A stretch of 64,000 bases of DNA from Octopus sinensis (lineage: Eukaryota), in contig NC_043016.1 of NCBI RefSeq assembly GCF_006345805.1, positions 8,308,001 through 8,372,000 of the forward strand, given 5' to 3'. This document shows positions 37,226 through 50,040 of the stretch, piece after piece. Each line of letters starts with the position of its first letter. The first letter of the stretch is position 1. The position numbers were made by a program, and so were the translations under genes. The notes under the pieces were generated by a model. That model had not been told where the DNA came from. It did not search any database and was given only the letters and a program-made list of their open reading frames with translations.

Positions 37226-38826
37226 ACAGTGATGGTGATAATGATCATGGACTGCAACTAGTACATTCCTTTAGATATTTATTGCTAACTAAAATATTTC
37301 CACCTGTGCACCTTATTGATTAGTCTTCTTCATCAGATAAACACATTTCTTAAACAAAGAAGCCTCTAGATGGTCACTCAACTGGCTTGAAATAACAACC
37401 AAATCTACCTCAAATCACAGTCTACCTTCTGAAGGAAAAAAAAATAAATAATGGAAGTAGGGGGTGGTGAAATGAATTGAATTTACCATTGATTATTTAT
37501 GTGTTCCACTTGCTTCACTGTGGCCATATTGGGGCAAAATTCTTGAAAGATTTTAGTCAACCCCAGTACTTGTTTTTAAAGCCTGGTACCAATTCTGTTG
37601 GGTCTCTTTTGACAAATTTCTTAAGTTACAGGAATGTAAGCGAACCAACAGCAGTTATCAAGCAGTGGGTTGGGGACAAACACAACTCAAACTTAAAGAC
37701 ACACACACACACACAACAAGCTTCTTTCAGTTTCCATCTACCAAACCCATTCACATGGCTTTGGTAGGCCTAGGATTGTGGTGGAAAACACTAGCCCAAA
37801 GTGCTGCACTTGTAGGACTGAACTCAAAACCACATGGTTAGGAACCAACTACACAACCACGCCTAAACATATCTTTTGTCATCAGTAGGATTACTTAATT
37901 TATTCAAGTTTCTTTCCCAAATGCCTCAACCACAACATTCCATCACATTCACAAGGCCACCCACTTTTCTCTCATTGATATTCTTAATGTGTCGTATGTA
38001 ATTAAAAAAGCATTGTTTTGCATCAACAATTTTTTTTAATTACCAAAGATTGTGCTCTTGGTTTCATATCTCTTCATGCTACCCACTCTAGTGTTTCCAT
38101 TTAACTGTAGTTAGGTCAAACATTACTACTGCATATTTTTTTCCTTTTCTTTTTTACAAATATTGTCACATCATTAAAAGCTGCCTTTGAATTCACTTGT
38201 ACTGTATTCTTGATAATAATGTCAATTCCTCACCAGGTTCTTCATTTATTTATATATTTATTTACTACCCACAAGGGGCTAAACATAGAGAGGACAAACA
38301 AGGACAGACAAACGGATTAAGTCGATTATATCGACCCCAGTGTGTAACTGGTACTTAATCTATCGACCCTGAAAGGATGAAAGGCAAAGTCGACCTCGGC
38401 GGAATTTGAACTCAGAACATAACGGCAGACAAAATACGGCTACGTATTTCGTCTGGCGTGCTAACGTTTCTTCATTTAATTATAGTCAGATCTAATATTA
38501 CTGCTTAACGAAGACTGTGTTTTCGGATTCACATGTACCACATTCCTATCAATAATATATTTTATCCTATTTTCTGGCATAGGAGTTGAATTACACCCCA
38601 TGATGACTTTGCAGAACCAAAAGTTCCATGTGGAATTTAGCAGGATTTTGGAAAGATAGTGATGCAGTTTCAATGTTTACGTAGCGTGTTTATACTATAT
38701 ATTAAGTTAACTTGTATGCTTGGAAATATGATTTCTTTCCAGAGTTTTCATCTAAATATTGATTGGTTTTAAAATCATCAATTAGGTAATTTCTAAATCT
38801 TGCCAAAGTCAACTTTGCCTTCATCC

Positions 38827-39275
38827 TATCATCATCATCATCATCGTTTAACGTCCGCTTTCCATGCTAGCATGGGTTGGACGATTTTGACTGAGGTCTG
38901 GTGAACCAGATGGCTGCACCAGACTCCAATCTTGATCTGGCAGAGTTTCTACAGCTGGATGCCCTTCCTAACGCCAACCACTCCGTGAGTGTAGTGGGTG
39001 CTTTTACGTGCCACTGGCACAGGGGCCAGTCAGGTGGTATTGGCAATGGACATGCTCAAATGGTGCTTTTTATGTGCCACAAGCACAGGAGCCAGTCCAG
39101 CGGCACTGGCAACGACCTCGCTCGAATGTTTTTTCATGTGCCACCAGCACAAGTGCTAGTACGGTAATGCAGGTAATGATCACACTCGGTGTTTTTAACG
39201 TGCCATCAGCACGGAGGCCAGCTTGTTGCTCTGGCAACGATCCCACTCGCATGGTACTCTTAGCGCTCCACTAGC
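38827..39275 (-). mobile_element. RTE LINE 3'UTR fragment with ~58-bp tandem modules
   Basis: (CAT)n tail and four to five TTTTAYGTGCCA..GGCAC modules. Confidence 0.85.
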
Positions 39276-40437
39276 AGGGTAGCAATTTGGGGGAAGGGGT
39301 TGAGTTGATTACATCGATCCCAGTGTTCAACTGGTACTTATTTTATTGATCCCAAAAGAATGAGTCAAGCACAAGGGTTTATACAATTGACTAGCCACCC
39401 CACCCTGTACTCCCCTGTCAATATCAGAAACAATTAATAGCAATGTTACAAAAGTGGTGGATTGACTGAATGACAAGAGAATTGGGTAGGGTGTATAGCA
39501 GTATTTCTTTGTATCTTGAGTTCAAATCTTACCAAGATCAACTTTGCTTTTCATCCTTTCGGGGTTAATATCATTCATGTACTGGAGACGTGACTGTGTG
39601 ATTGTGAAGCTCAATTATCAAACATGTAGATTTGGGGTTGGACTTACAGCAAAACCTTGAGCAAGTATTTCCTCCTATAGCTTCAAACCAAATGCTTTGT
39701 GAATGGTATTTTTTCCATGATGTATTTGTTTCATACAGTGGACTGTAGCCATGTTGGGGTATTGCCTTCAGGTGATTAAATCAAACAGATCCTTCTCAGT
39801 ACTTTTAATAAATATATTTCTTTACTACCCACAAGGGGTTAAACATAGAGGGGACAAACAAGGACAGACAAATGGATTAAGTTGATTACATCGACCCCAG
39901 TGCGTAATTGGTACTTAATCTATCGACCCCCGAAAGGATGAAAGGCAAAGTCGACCTGGGCGGAAATTGAACTCAGAACGTAACGACAGACGAAATACGC
40001 CTATGCATTTCGCACGGCGTGCTAATGATTCTACCAGCTCGCCGCCTTACCAGTACTTTTAATAAAGCCTTGTATTTATTCTGTTGTTCTCTGTTACGGA
40101 ATCACCAAGTTATGCAGGTGTAAACAGACAAATACCTGTCGTCAAGCAATGATGGAGTACAAACACAAACACACAAAGACATACAAATATATGTGATGGG
40201 TGTCTTTCAGTTTTCATCTATCATGTCCTTTCACAAAGATTTGATAGGCCCCATGGCAAAACAAGACGTTTGCCGGCAACTGCTGCAGAGTGGGACTGAA
40301 CCTAAGACCATATGGTTGAGAACCAATCTACTTACCTACACAGCCATGCCTGCACCTATATTGATAATGGTAAAAGGAAACTGAATGGAAGCCCATCACG
40401 TGCACATCAATTTTGTTTCTGCATGTCTCCATTAACA

Positions 40438-40778
40438 TGCAGTGTGGAAGGTGTTTATAAACCATTTAAGAAACACACAAAAACCGTTAGATTCACTTCA
40501 ACATTTAAATTTAATTTGTCAAAATATTTAGGTCACTTTGAGACCGCGACCTGTTCACTGACAAAACAGTGAACAGCCAAGAAGTTTTGTCAGTGAACAG
40601 GTTGCAGTCTCAAAGCGCCGAAAATATTTTGACACTAATTAAATTTAAATGTTGAAGTGAATCTAAAGATTTTTGTGTGTTTCTTAAATGGCTTATAAAC
40701 ACCTTTCACGCTGCAATTGTTTTCCTTCCAGCACATGATCTCAGATCAAGTCACTCGCTATGCAAGTACATCTCTGTA
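40438..40778. mobile_element. Foldback MITE with ~120-bp near-perfect inverted arms
   Basis: GAAGGTGTTTATAAACCATTTAAGAAACAC...GTGTTTCTTAAATGGCTTATAAACACCTTTC. Confidence 0.8.
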
Positions 40779-41051
40779 ATCCATTAACATGGTTTGAGTA
40801 AAAGTAGTTCAATAGAAATACTTTACTTGAAAGAGCGACAAAAAAAAAAAAATGGTGTCAGAAAATTCTTCAAGTCATAGAGATTCACCTTGGCAAGTTT
40901 CAGCCATGATATCATGGAAAAATAAAGGGTAGAAATGATCATACATTATTTGTATCAACATTTTAAAAATAGACAGATCATTCCCCCTGTGTTTTGTAAG
41001 AGGTAGCTAGAAGCAGTTGACATTAGGAAAAGTATTTGATCATAAACTATA

Positions 41052-41222
41052 GGCGTAAGAGTGGCTGTGTGGTAAGTAGCTTGCTTACGAACCACATGGT
41101 TCCGGATTCAGTCTCACTGCGCGGCACCTTGGGCAAGTGTCTTCTACTATAGTCTCGGGCCGACCAAAGCCTTATGAGTGGATTTGGTAGATGGAAACTG
41201 AAAAAAGCCCATCATATATATG

Positions 41223-41253
<31 letters not shown>

Positions 41254-41475
41254 ATATGTTTGTGTGTCTGTGTTTTTTCCCTCCACTCCCAACATCGCTT
41301 GACAAATGATGCTGGTGTGTTTACATCCTCGTAACTTAGAGGTTCAGCCAAAGAGACCGATAGAATAAGTACTAGGCTTCCAAAGAATAAGTCCCGGGGA
41401 CGATTTGCTCGACTAAAGGCGGTGCTCCAGCATGGCCACACTCAAATGATTGAAACAAGTAAAAGAGTAAAAGAA
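41052..41475 (+). mobile_element. SINE family A
   Basis: Matches the family A consensus. Confidence 0.9.
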
Positions 41476-43125
41476 TAAAATAGTGCCTTGGAAAGTCTTA
41501 TCCAACCCATGCCAACATAAAAATGTGGATGTAAAAACAAAGATGATGATGATGATGACGGTGATGATGATCCCATGTATGCACAAACAAACACACACAC
41601 ACACGCGCGCATGTGTGCATGCACACCTTTATACTACATTTTGACATTGTTTGGTAGATTTAAAAAAAACTGATGCAAGATGTGAGAAAAATAAACAATA
41701 TAAAAAAAAAAACAGAGAAGTTTTCTCTCATACACAAACAGAATAAAAGATATTTCATGCAATACACACACACACCACAAACTGTATGTATGTATATACT
41801 CACATTCATGCACAATAAATAAACATGTTTATGTGTGTGTGTACAAATAGAATAAAACACATTTACAATATATATATATATATATATATATACGTAAACG
41901 AGTAACGGTGCATAAAGAACAAATAAATCTCCCGGAATACCGACAAATTCCACTGAGTGACCACTTAGACTCATGTGCTAAAGACTTAAACCCCAAATTC
42001 TATATATTCCCCTTCTACCAATGTAAAGACGGGATCACCACACAGGAGAGAATTAACAAGGAGAATCTCTTTATTGAAAAATTCCAAACACAACTTAATA
42101 TGCAAACTCCTCGTTGATCAAACTTCCTTTCTCTACCTCACTCTTCATGGATGGACTAACACAAATATATAAAGATACCATGCATTCATCACTTCAAGCT
42201 AAAACTTATATTCTTTAAATATCATTTTTACTATTGTTGTTATTACTATCATTTTTATTATAAATGATATGACAATTTGAAATGCAATTGTCTATGCAGA
42301 TTTATATTATTAGAAAATAATATAATAAAGTGTTAAAATCTGAAAGTTAAGTTAACAAGCAATTATATAAAAAGATAATGCAAATGAAGCTAAAATGATA
42401 GTTTTATAATTTGGGTTTTATTGAAGAACTCAAAAGAGTTGTCTCCCCTTACCCACAACACAGGAACTGAAGAACCAGGACCACAATTACTACTACTTCC
42501 TGTCCTGCAACATGCTGAATTTAACAACACAACACATCACATGCTCTTAATCCCTTTGGATTTAACACCTCAAGGTAATTTTTTGGTAAACAACCATAAA
42601 ACTCAAGATACACAACGAACTCACAATGTATCGGAGAACTTATTTTTTAATTTTTGTACATTTTTATCATTATTCTTTTACAAAAAACAATGCAATTTTC
42701 TTTTTTCCCCTTTCTAATTTTTAAAATAACTTCTTAAAACATAAATATTCTTGACAAGTCATACAATGACGAAAACCGGTTGAATAAATATATATTTATA
42801 TATTTTATCATTTTCTCATTTTATTAAAATTTTCTTTCATTGAGCATTCTGCATTTTTAAAAAAATTTTTCCTTCCTATATATATGTATATATATATATG
42901 TGTGTGTGTGTGTATATATATATGTGTGTATATGTATATATGTATATATATGTGTGTGTATGTATATATATATATATGCATATATGTGTATATATGTATA
43001 TATGTGTGTATATATATGTATATATGTGTATATATATGTATATATGTGTATATATATGTATATATGTATATATATATATATTATATATATATATTATATA
43101 TATATACATATATATATATGTATAC

Positions 43126-43175
<50 letters not shown>

Positions 43176-43707
43176 TGTATACATATGTATATATATATAT
43201 ATATATATATACATATATAATATGTATACATATGTATATATATATATATGTGTGTATATATATATACACACACATATACAAAAGAATAACATATAATCTC
43301 CAAACAAACTAATTGCTGTTTTACCCCAGATTAAGGATTAGCATTGCTTTTCACCTTTATGGCTAAACCACTTACTAACTAACCCTAATCCTGATTAATT
43401 ACACTTCAGCACCACCTAATGAGAACAAAAACAGAACTTCGTATTTCGGTGAGATGGCTGGGTGGGTGGGTGAAGTGAGGTTTTTTTTTTGTTTTTATTG
43501 TTTGTTTTGGTCGGTGCCTCATGTGACAAAAATGTATGTTGATCGACTTAGAGTTTTTTTTTTTTACAATGTTGTATTTATTCGATTTACTGACACTAAT
43601 TTGTAAATAAGGGGTGGAGAAAAAAAAACTAAAAAAGTAAAAAAAAATTCAAAGACTGAGCATGCAGAATGACTAAACATGTAGTTGGTGCTATACATGT
43701 ACACGGG

Positions 43708-44300
43708 TGACGAGCTGGCAGAAACGTTAGCATGCCAGGCGAAATGCTTAGCGGTATTTTGTCTGCCGCTACATTGTGAGTTCAAATTCTGCCAAGGTCA
43801 ACTTTGCCTGTCATCCCTACGGGGTCGATTAAATAAGATCCAGTTACGCACCGGGATCGATGTAATCGACTTAATCCGTTTGTCTGTCCTTGTTTGTTCC
43901 CTCTGTGTTTAGCCCCTTGTGGGTAGTAAAGAAATAGGTATTTCGTCTGCCGTTACATTCTGAGTTCAAATTTCACTGAGGTCGACTTTGCCTTTCATCC
44001 TTTCGGGGTTGATAAATTAAGTACAAGTTACGCACTGGGGTCAATGTAATCGACTTAATCCACTTGTTTGTCCCCACTCTGTTTAGCCCCTTGTGGGTAG
44101 TAAAGAAATGGGTATTTTGTCTGCTGTCACATTCTGAGTTCAAATTCTGCCGAGGTTGACTTTGCCTTTCATCCTTTCGGGTTCGATTAAATGAGTACCA
44201 GTTATGCACCGGGATCGATGTAATCGACTTAATCCGTTTGTCTGTCCTTGTTTGTCCCTTCTCAGTGTTTAGCCCCTTGTGGGTAGTAAAGAAATAGGTA
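43708..44300 (+). mobile_element. Head-to-tail trimer of SINE family B
   Basis: One head plus three bodies joined at GAAATRGGTATTT. Confidence 0.9.
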
Positions 44301-45295
44301 TACATGTACACTGATATATAAATGATACAGGGTAGAGGGATAGCTCTTAGTCCTGTTGCAGGCAATCTCTTTAAAACCAATCCAATGACAAAAGCTTCTG
44401 ATCCTTACAGTAAAGTGTTATCCAGCCGTGCCCCCCCCCACCCAAAAAACCCTAAAAAAACTCTAAATTAAAAAATTTTAAAAACCTGGTGCATTTCTCT
44501 GTATGCTAACGATGATGGACTACAACAAGTTGCAAGATACAACTCATATAGATATAGTCAAGCAGATGTTATGCAGTGGTGATGATGATGATGAGTAATT
44601 TAATTCACATCACCTTCACTCACCAACCCTGATGCTATTTATTAACTCATAAAACGAAGTGTAGGTGTTTAACCACATCACCGCCACTCTTTACATCATT
44701 TAGAACAACAAACGCTAACTGGATTTATGGATTACAAATGCAAATCCAATCCGGTGTCAGAAATTTCGTTCAGTGGAACTATAGGAAAGGTGGTGCGAAA
44801 GAGCACTTCATAATTATTTTTTTTGCTGAAGCTGTTGGAAACACTGGTGTCCTATTTCCAAGGAAAGGATCCCTTCCCCTCCCCCACTTCAACTGCTTAG
44901 CTCTATAGAAACCAGAGGCAAATGCCTGCTTAAGAATTGTTATAGCTTATAGTTTCTGGAAGATTCTGCATTTTCCTGTTCATAATAGAAATCTCCATGT
45001 TCTTGGATCAGTCGCAAGAAGTCTCCTTTTTTCATGAAATTGATTATGTTTCTCAACTTAATCTCAGATGAGATACAAAAACAATAAAAGAGACGACATG
45101 TGCAATAGCTTTTGCAGTTGACTCTTCCAGGATGATTTCAATCCAATGACGGTGCTTCTACATGTTCACTCAACCTGTTAAGAAGAAATAGTAGCTAAAT
45201 CTACCTCAAGTCAGACACCATTTACTATCATCACAAAAAGGATACACTTTTGTGAAAGAAATCATCAATAATCTGCTAGAAATAGAAGCTAAATC

Positions 45296-45706
45296 GGATC
45301 TTTTCGGTTTGACGGCAGTTTTTTAAAAATAATTTCCACGTAACTAAACACTTTTAAACTTCGTATACTGGTAGAATGTGTTTATAAAACATCTTTTTCT
45401 CTTGGCTTTATTGAGAAAATTCTATAGTTTGTAAGATATTTATTGTGTTTTTTTCTTCAATTCTGCAATTTCAACCAATCAATGACGTCAATTGAGGTGA
45501 AAACATTCTGTGCCATATGAATATGTCCCTCGTTTAAGAAACAGATTGGGTTTATTTACATTTGTGAAGAAAAAAAGATACCCTTCCCCCACCCCTAACC
45601 CTAAAACAGATTGAAATGCAATAGATTGATACTAGGGTGATAATTATGGGTGACAATTTCATATGACACCGCTAGAAAAAAACTGCCGTTCAAACCGAAA
45701 AGATCT
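45296..45706 (-). mobile_element. MITE with 8-bp TSD, inverted copy of 24374-24786
   Basis: Perfect TSD GCTAAATC at 45288-45295 and 45707-45714. Confidence 0.9.
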
Positions 45707-46484
45707 GCTAAATCTCCCTGAAGCTACACCTTACTTTATTCAGAAAGGATGCATTAGATAATGTAGTAATGTGCTCCAGCGTTCACTATTCAAAAACAGG
45801 GGAAGGTCATGGCTGGAACATTTTTTTTTATCAAAACAGGTCTGCTTGGGTCAGAGTTGAACAATAGAGGACTAAACAGCAGCAACAACAACATAGGATG
45901 GTTAGTAAGCAAAACACTTATTGACTGCACAGTAATTGCACTGAACTCAGAGCTATTTATACATAGAGTAGAAAAATTAACGGCTATTTATAACTAAATG
46001 AACTAAGCCAGTGATGAGGTGGGAGTAAATACATCAGTCATGGACAAAATACTGCTGAACAGAGAATGACACATTGACTAATAATTAAACACCTTAATGG
46101 TTCAAACAACTATTTCTGTACTATGATTATTAGCACTTTCGTGCCACTGAAGACTATGTTTTTGGATTCATTCGGTCCGCAAACCAGAATGTATGTTGAC
46201 TCCCTTCCAGGGCCTTTATTTAAAGCAATAATTAGCTCTAACACTACTGTTCTATTACTCGCTTCAGTCATTAGACTGCAGCCATGCTGGGGCACTGCCT
46301 AAAATCATTTTTAGTTGAATAACTCAACCCCACTAAATATATATTTTTTATTTAAAGTGTGGTACTTATTCTATCAGTCTCTTTTGCTGAACTGCTAAGT
46401 CATGGGTACATAAACACACCAACACCTGTTGTCAAGCAGTGGTGAAGGACCAACAGAGACACAAAGATACACACACACACCTCA

Positions 46485-46865
46485 TCATCATCATCATCAT
46501 CGTTTAACGTTCGCTTTCCATGCTAGCATGGGTTGGACGTATGACTGAGGGCTGGCGAACCAGACGGCTGCACCAGGCTCCAATCTTGATCTGGCAGAGT
46601 TTCTACAGCTGGATGCCCTTCCTAACGCCAACCACTCTGAGAGTGTAGTGGGTGCTTTTTACATGCCACCGGCACGGGGCCAGTCAAGCAGTACTGGCAA
46701 CGACCTCGCTCGAATCTTTTACAAATGCCACCGGACAAGGTACCAGTAAGGCGATGCTGGTAATGATCACGCTCGAATGGTGTCTTTTACGTGCCACTGG
46801 CATGGAGGCCAGATAGCCGCTCTGGCAACAATCACGTTCGGATGGTGCTCTTAATACCCTACTAG
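46485..46865 (-). mobile_element. RTE LINE 3'UTR fragment, inserted in a minus-strand SINE A
   Basis: SINE A tail at ~46250-46480 and head at ~46880-47040 flank it. Confidence 0.8.
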
Positions 46866-47064
46866 CACATGTATATATACATAAATGTATATACATGACA
46901 GGCTTCTTTTTGTTTCCGTCTACCAAATCCACACACAAGGTTTTGGTTGACCTGAGGCTACAGAAGACATTTGATCAAGGTGCCATGCAGTAAGAGTGAA
47001 CCCAGTACAGTATGGTTGGGAAGAAGTTTCTTACCACACCTGTTATACATCATTACTAATGGTA

Positions 47065-47485
47065 TAAGCCCAGTACACCCATCATGACTACCCGTTTGAT
47101 AAGGGTACACAAGGCACATGCATCACAACCATGTGTGCGTGACATGGTGATCTCATATCAAGATAAACTGCACATGACCTTGCAGGTGGGGCCCAGTTAG
47201 AATTTTCTTCTGGTAGAGTAGCCCATCCCGCTCAAAAGGTCCCTGAATAAGGATTGTTTAAGGATGTTGAACGAACCATACATGATTCCAAAGGTGAATT
47301 ATCCAAACCTACAAGAATTCCTCTCAATACATGGCTATGATGCTCCCCCACTACTTCTGCTCGTGATCAGAGATGCACATATATCGTCAGCCACTAAGGG
47401 ACATGGTCAACTAGTTAAGGTCAAACAACTGACAAGCAAATCTGTGGTATTGAGCAGAATATTTGCTGTAGCCCATCTTTTATAC
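47065..47485 (-). mobile_element. Inverted copy of the (AAT)n-embedded element
   Basis: Reverse complement of 26125-26570. Confidence 0.75.
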
Positions 47486-48705
47486 CATTATTATTATTAT
47501 TATTATTATTATTAAAGTGGCAAGCTGGCCGAATCATTGGCATGTTGGGCAAAATGCAAAGTGGCATTTTGTCTGTCACTGCATTCTGAGTTCAAATTCT
47601 GCTGAGGTTGACTTTGCCTTTCATCCTTTCGGGGTCAATAAAATAAATATCAGTTGAGTACTGGGAGCGATGTAATTGATTACCCCCGCTTCCCCCAAAA
47701 ATTGCTGGCCCTGTGCCAAAATTTGAAATTATTATTATTATTATTATCATTATTATTTTAGTCACTATCCTGAAGCTTATGTCTTTGGATTCACTTATTT
47801 CCACATTCTTGAGAAAAAAACATCTGTTAATTCCCCTCCAGGACCTCTATTTAACTCCAAATCATTCATTTATGAGCTATTAGGTTTTGAAGTGTAAAAC
47901 AAAAAAAAACAAACAAACAAAAAAACAAAAACAAAAAGAAAAACAGGAGTAACCTGGACGCTGCAAGTGAGAACCAACTCAACTAAATAGCTATTTATAT
48001 CAGCATCTGGTTTCTTTGGATGTTGTTGACGTTATTGTTGGAGTGACGCAGTCAGCTGTGATTAAACAGGACTTAACGTGTGTGTGTCTGTTTACGTGTA
48101 AGTGTGCATGTGTGCATTAGTGTATGAGCACGTGTGCGTTAGTGTGTGTGTGCATGCAAGTAAGCATACCTGCGTATGTGTTTGTGTGTATACAACATAT
48201 TTTTAAGTTATACATACAGTAATGGTTAATTGATCGCAGTGCAACCTACATATGTATAGACAACAAGTCCATACTTCCTTTTTGAGCAGATGGAATGACT
48301 TTTTACAAGGCCAAGAAAAGGAATACTGCAACCAACTCGTTATTGTAATTGTAATTCAGGTGTTTAATTCACAACATGAGCTCAATTCACACAAAGCTTG
48401 TCTATTAAAAGGGTAATAAACTTTATTCTTTCTCTCTCTCTCTTTCACTCTGACAAAGAAATATTCCCCTACACATACACGCATGTACGTCTGTGTATAA
48501 ATATCATCATCATTTAATGTCTGCCTTCAATGCTGGCATAGGTGTATATGTGTGTGTATATAAATATTTACACACACACACACACACACGTGTTTATAAA
48601 AATATCATCATTTAATGTCTACCTTCTATGCTAGCATGTGTATGTGCATGTGTGTGTGTATATATACATGTATATACATATATATATAATATATATATAT
48701 ATATA

Positions 48706-49032
48706 CATCATCATCATCATCATCATCATCGTTTAACGTCCGTTCGCCATGCTAGCATGGGTTGGACGGTTCGACCAGGGATCTGGGAAGCCAGAAGGCT
48801 GCACCAGGCTCCGGTCTTATCTGGCAATGTTTCTACAGCTGGATGCCCTTCCTAACGCCAACCACTCCGTGAGTGTAGTGGGTGCTTTTTACGTGCCACC
48901 TGCACTGGTGCCAGGCGAGGCTGGCATCGGCCACGGTCGGATTGGTGCATTTTACGTGCCACCTGCACGGAAGCCAGTCGAGGCGGCGCTGGCTTCGGCC
49001 ACGATTCGGATGGTGCTTTTTACGTGCCACTG
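48706..49032 (-). mobile_element. RTE LINE 3'UTR fragment
   Basis: (CAT)n tail and the family consensus. Confidence 0.85.
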
Positions 49033-49289
49033 ACACACATATATATATATATATATATAATATATATATATATACATACATCTATATATACATACATATA
49101 TATACGCATACATATATATATACATACATATACATATATACATACATATACATATATATATACATACATCTATATATACATACATATATATACGCATACA
49201 TATACATACATACATACACATACATCTATATATTATACATATATATATACACATACATATATATATATACATACATACATATATATATA

Positions 49290-49322
<33 letters not shown>

Positions 49323-49327
49323 CATAC

Positions 49328-49370
<43 letters not shown>

Positions 49371-49435
49371 ATAAGTAAATCAAAAATGTGAGAGAGAAGC
49401 ACACTCCAAGATATAGAGCAGTAGAGTATTTAAAT

Positions 49436-49687
49436 ATAGTTATGGCCAGTCTATGGGGTGGAACCCACAAGCTGACCACTTTGACTACGGATAGCGGTCT
49501 ATGAGAGACAAACCCTTGTGCTTAGGTCTTCTTTGTATATGCACTCGACAAGTAGCCACAAGGCCTTTTCTCCCTCCACTTTGAAGGAGATTACAGGCCA
49601 CTGGCCATTAGGGTCTGAAGAAATGCCATAAAGCTTAGTGCTTTTGGATGTGAAACCTAGGGTAACCCTTAGACCAGCCATAACTAT
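49436..49687 (+). mobile_element. 252-bp element with 18-bp terminal inverted repeat carrying a hammerhead motif
   Basis: ATAGTTATGGCCAGTCTA...TAGACCAGCCATAACTAT (16/18 match), GC-richer than its flanks, next to (TA)n. Confidence 0.55.
49610..49669 (+). ncRNA. Candidate Type I hammerhead ribozyme
   Basis: Stem I AGGGT/ACCCT; core CTGAAGA; long imperfect stem II capped by AAAGC-ttagt-GCTTT; GAAA; stem III ACC-tag-GGT; GUA cleavage triplet (cut after 49664). Confidence 0.6.
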
Positions 49688-49688
49688 C

Positions 49689-49722
<34 letters not shown>

Positions 49723-49726
<4 letters not shown>

Positions 49727-49998
49727 CGTGATCACCATGACCAACCAGGTTATCTGATGTTGCTACACATCGCTGATCACAATGCGCTTTGCATTATTTT
49801 AGCCTTCAAATGACGCCACCTCGCTGGCTAAGTGAGCAGGCCAACAGAAGAAAGGATGAGAGAAAGTTGTGGCGAAAGAGTACAGCAGGGATCGCCACCA
49901 CCCCCTGCCAGAGCCTCGTGGAGCTTTAGGTGTTTTCACTCAATAACACTCACAATTCCCGGTCTGGGAATCGAAACTGCGAATCCACTGGGCTATTG
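49723..49998 (-). mobile_element. SINE family E
   Basis: Reverse complement of 5015-5323. Confidence 0.85.
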
Positions 49999-50004
49999 TG
50001 CCTC

Positions 50005-50040
<36 letters not shown>

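Noticed and set aside
36864-37257. Poly-His/Ser/Ile ORFs
   Set aside because: Reverse strand of a (GAT)n microsatellite.
38980-39275. Repeat-spacer pattern resembling a CRISPR array
   Set aside because: It is the modular 3'UTR of an RTE LINE in eukaryotic DNA. The repeats are degenerate, the spacers are related to each other, and there are no cas genes.
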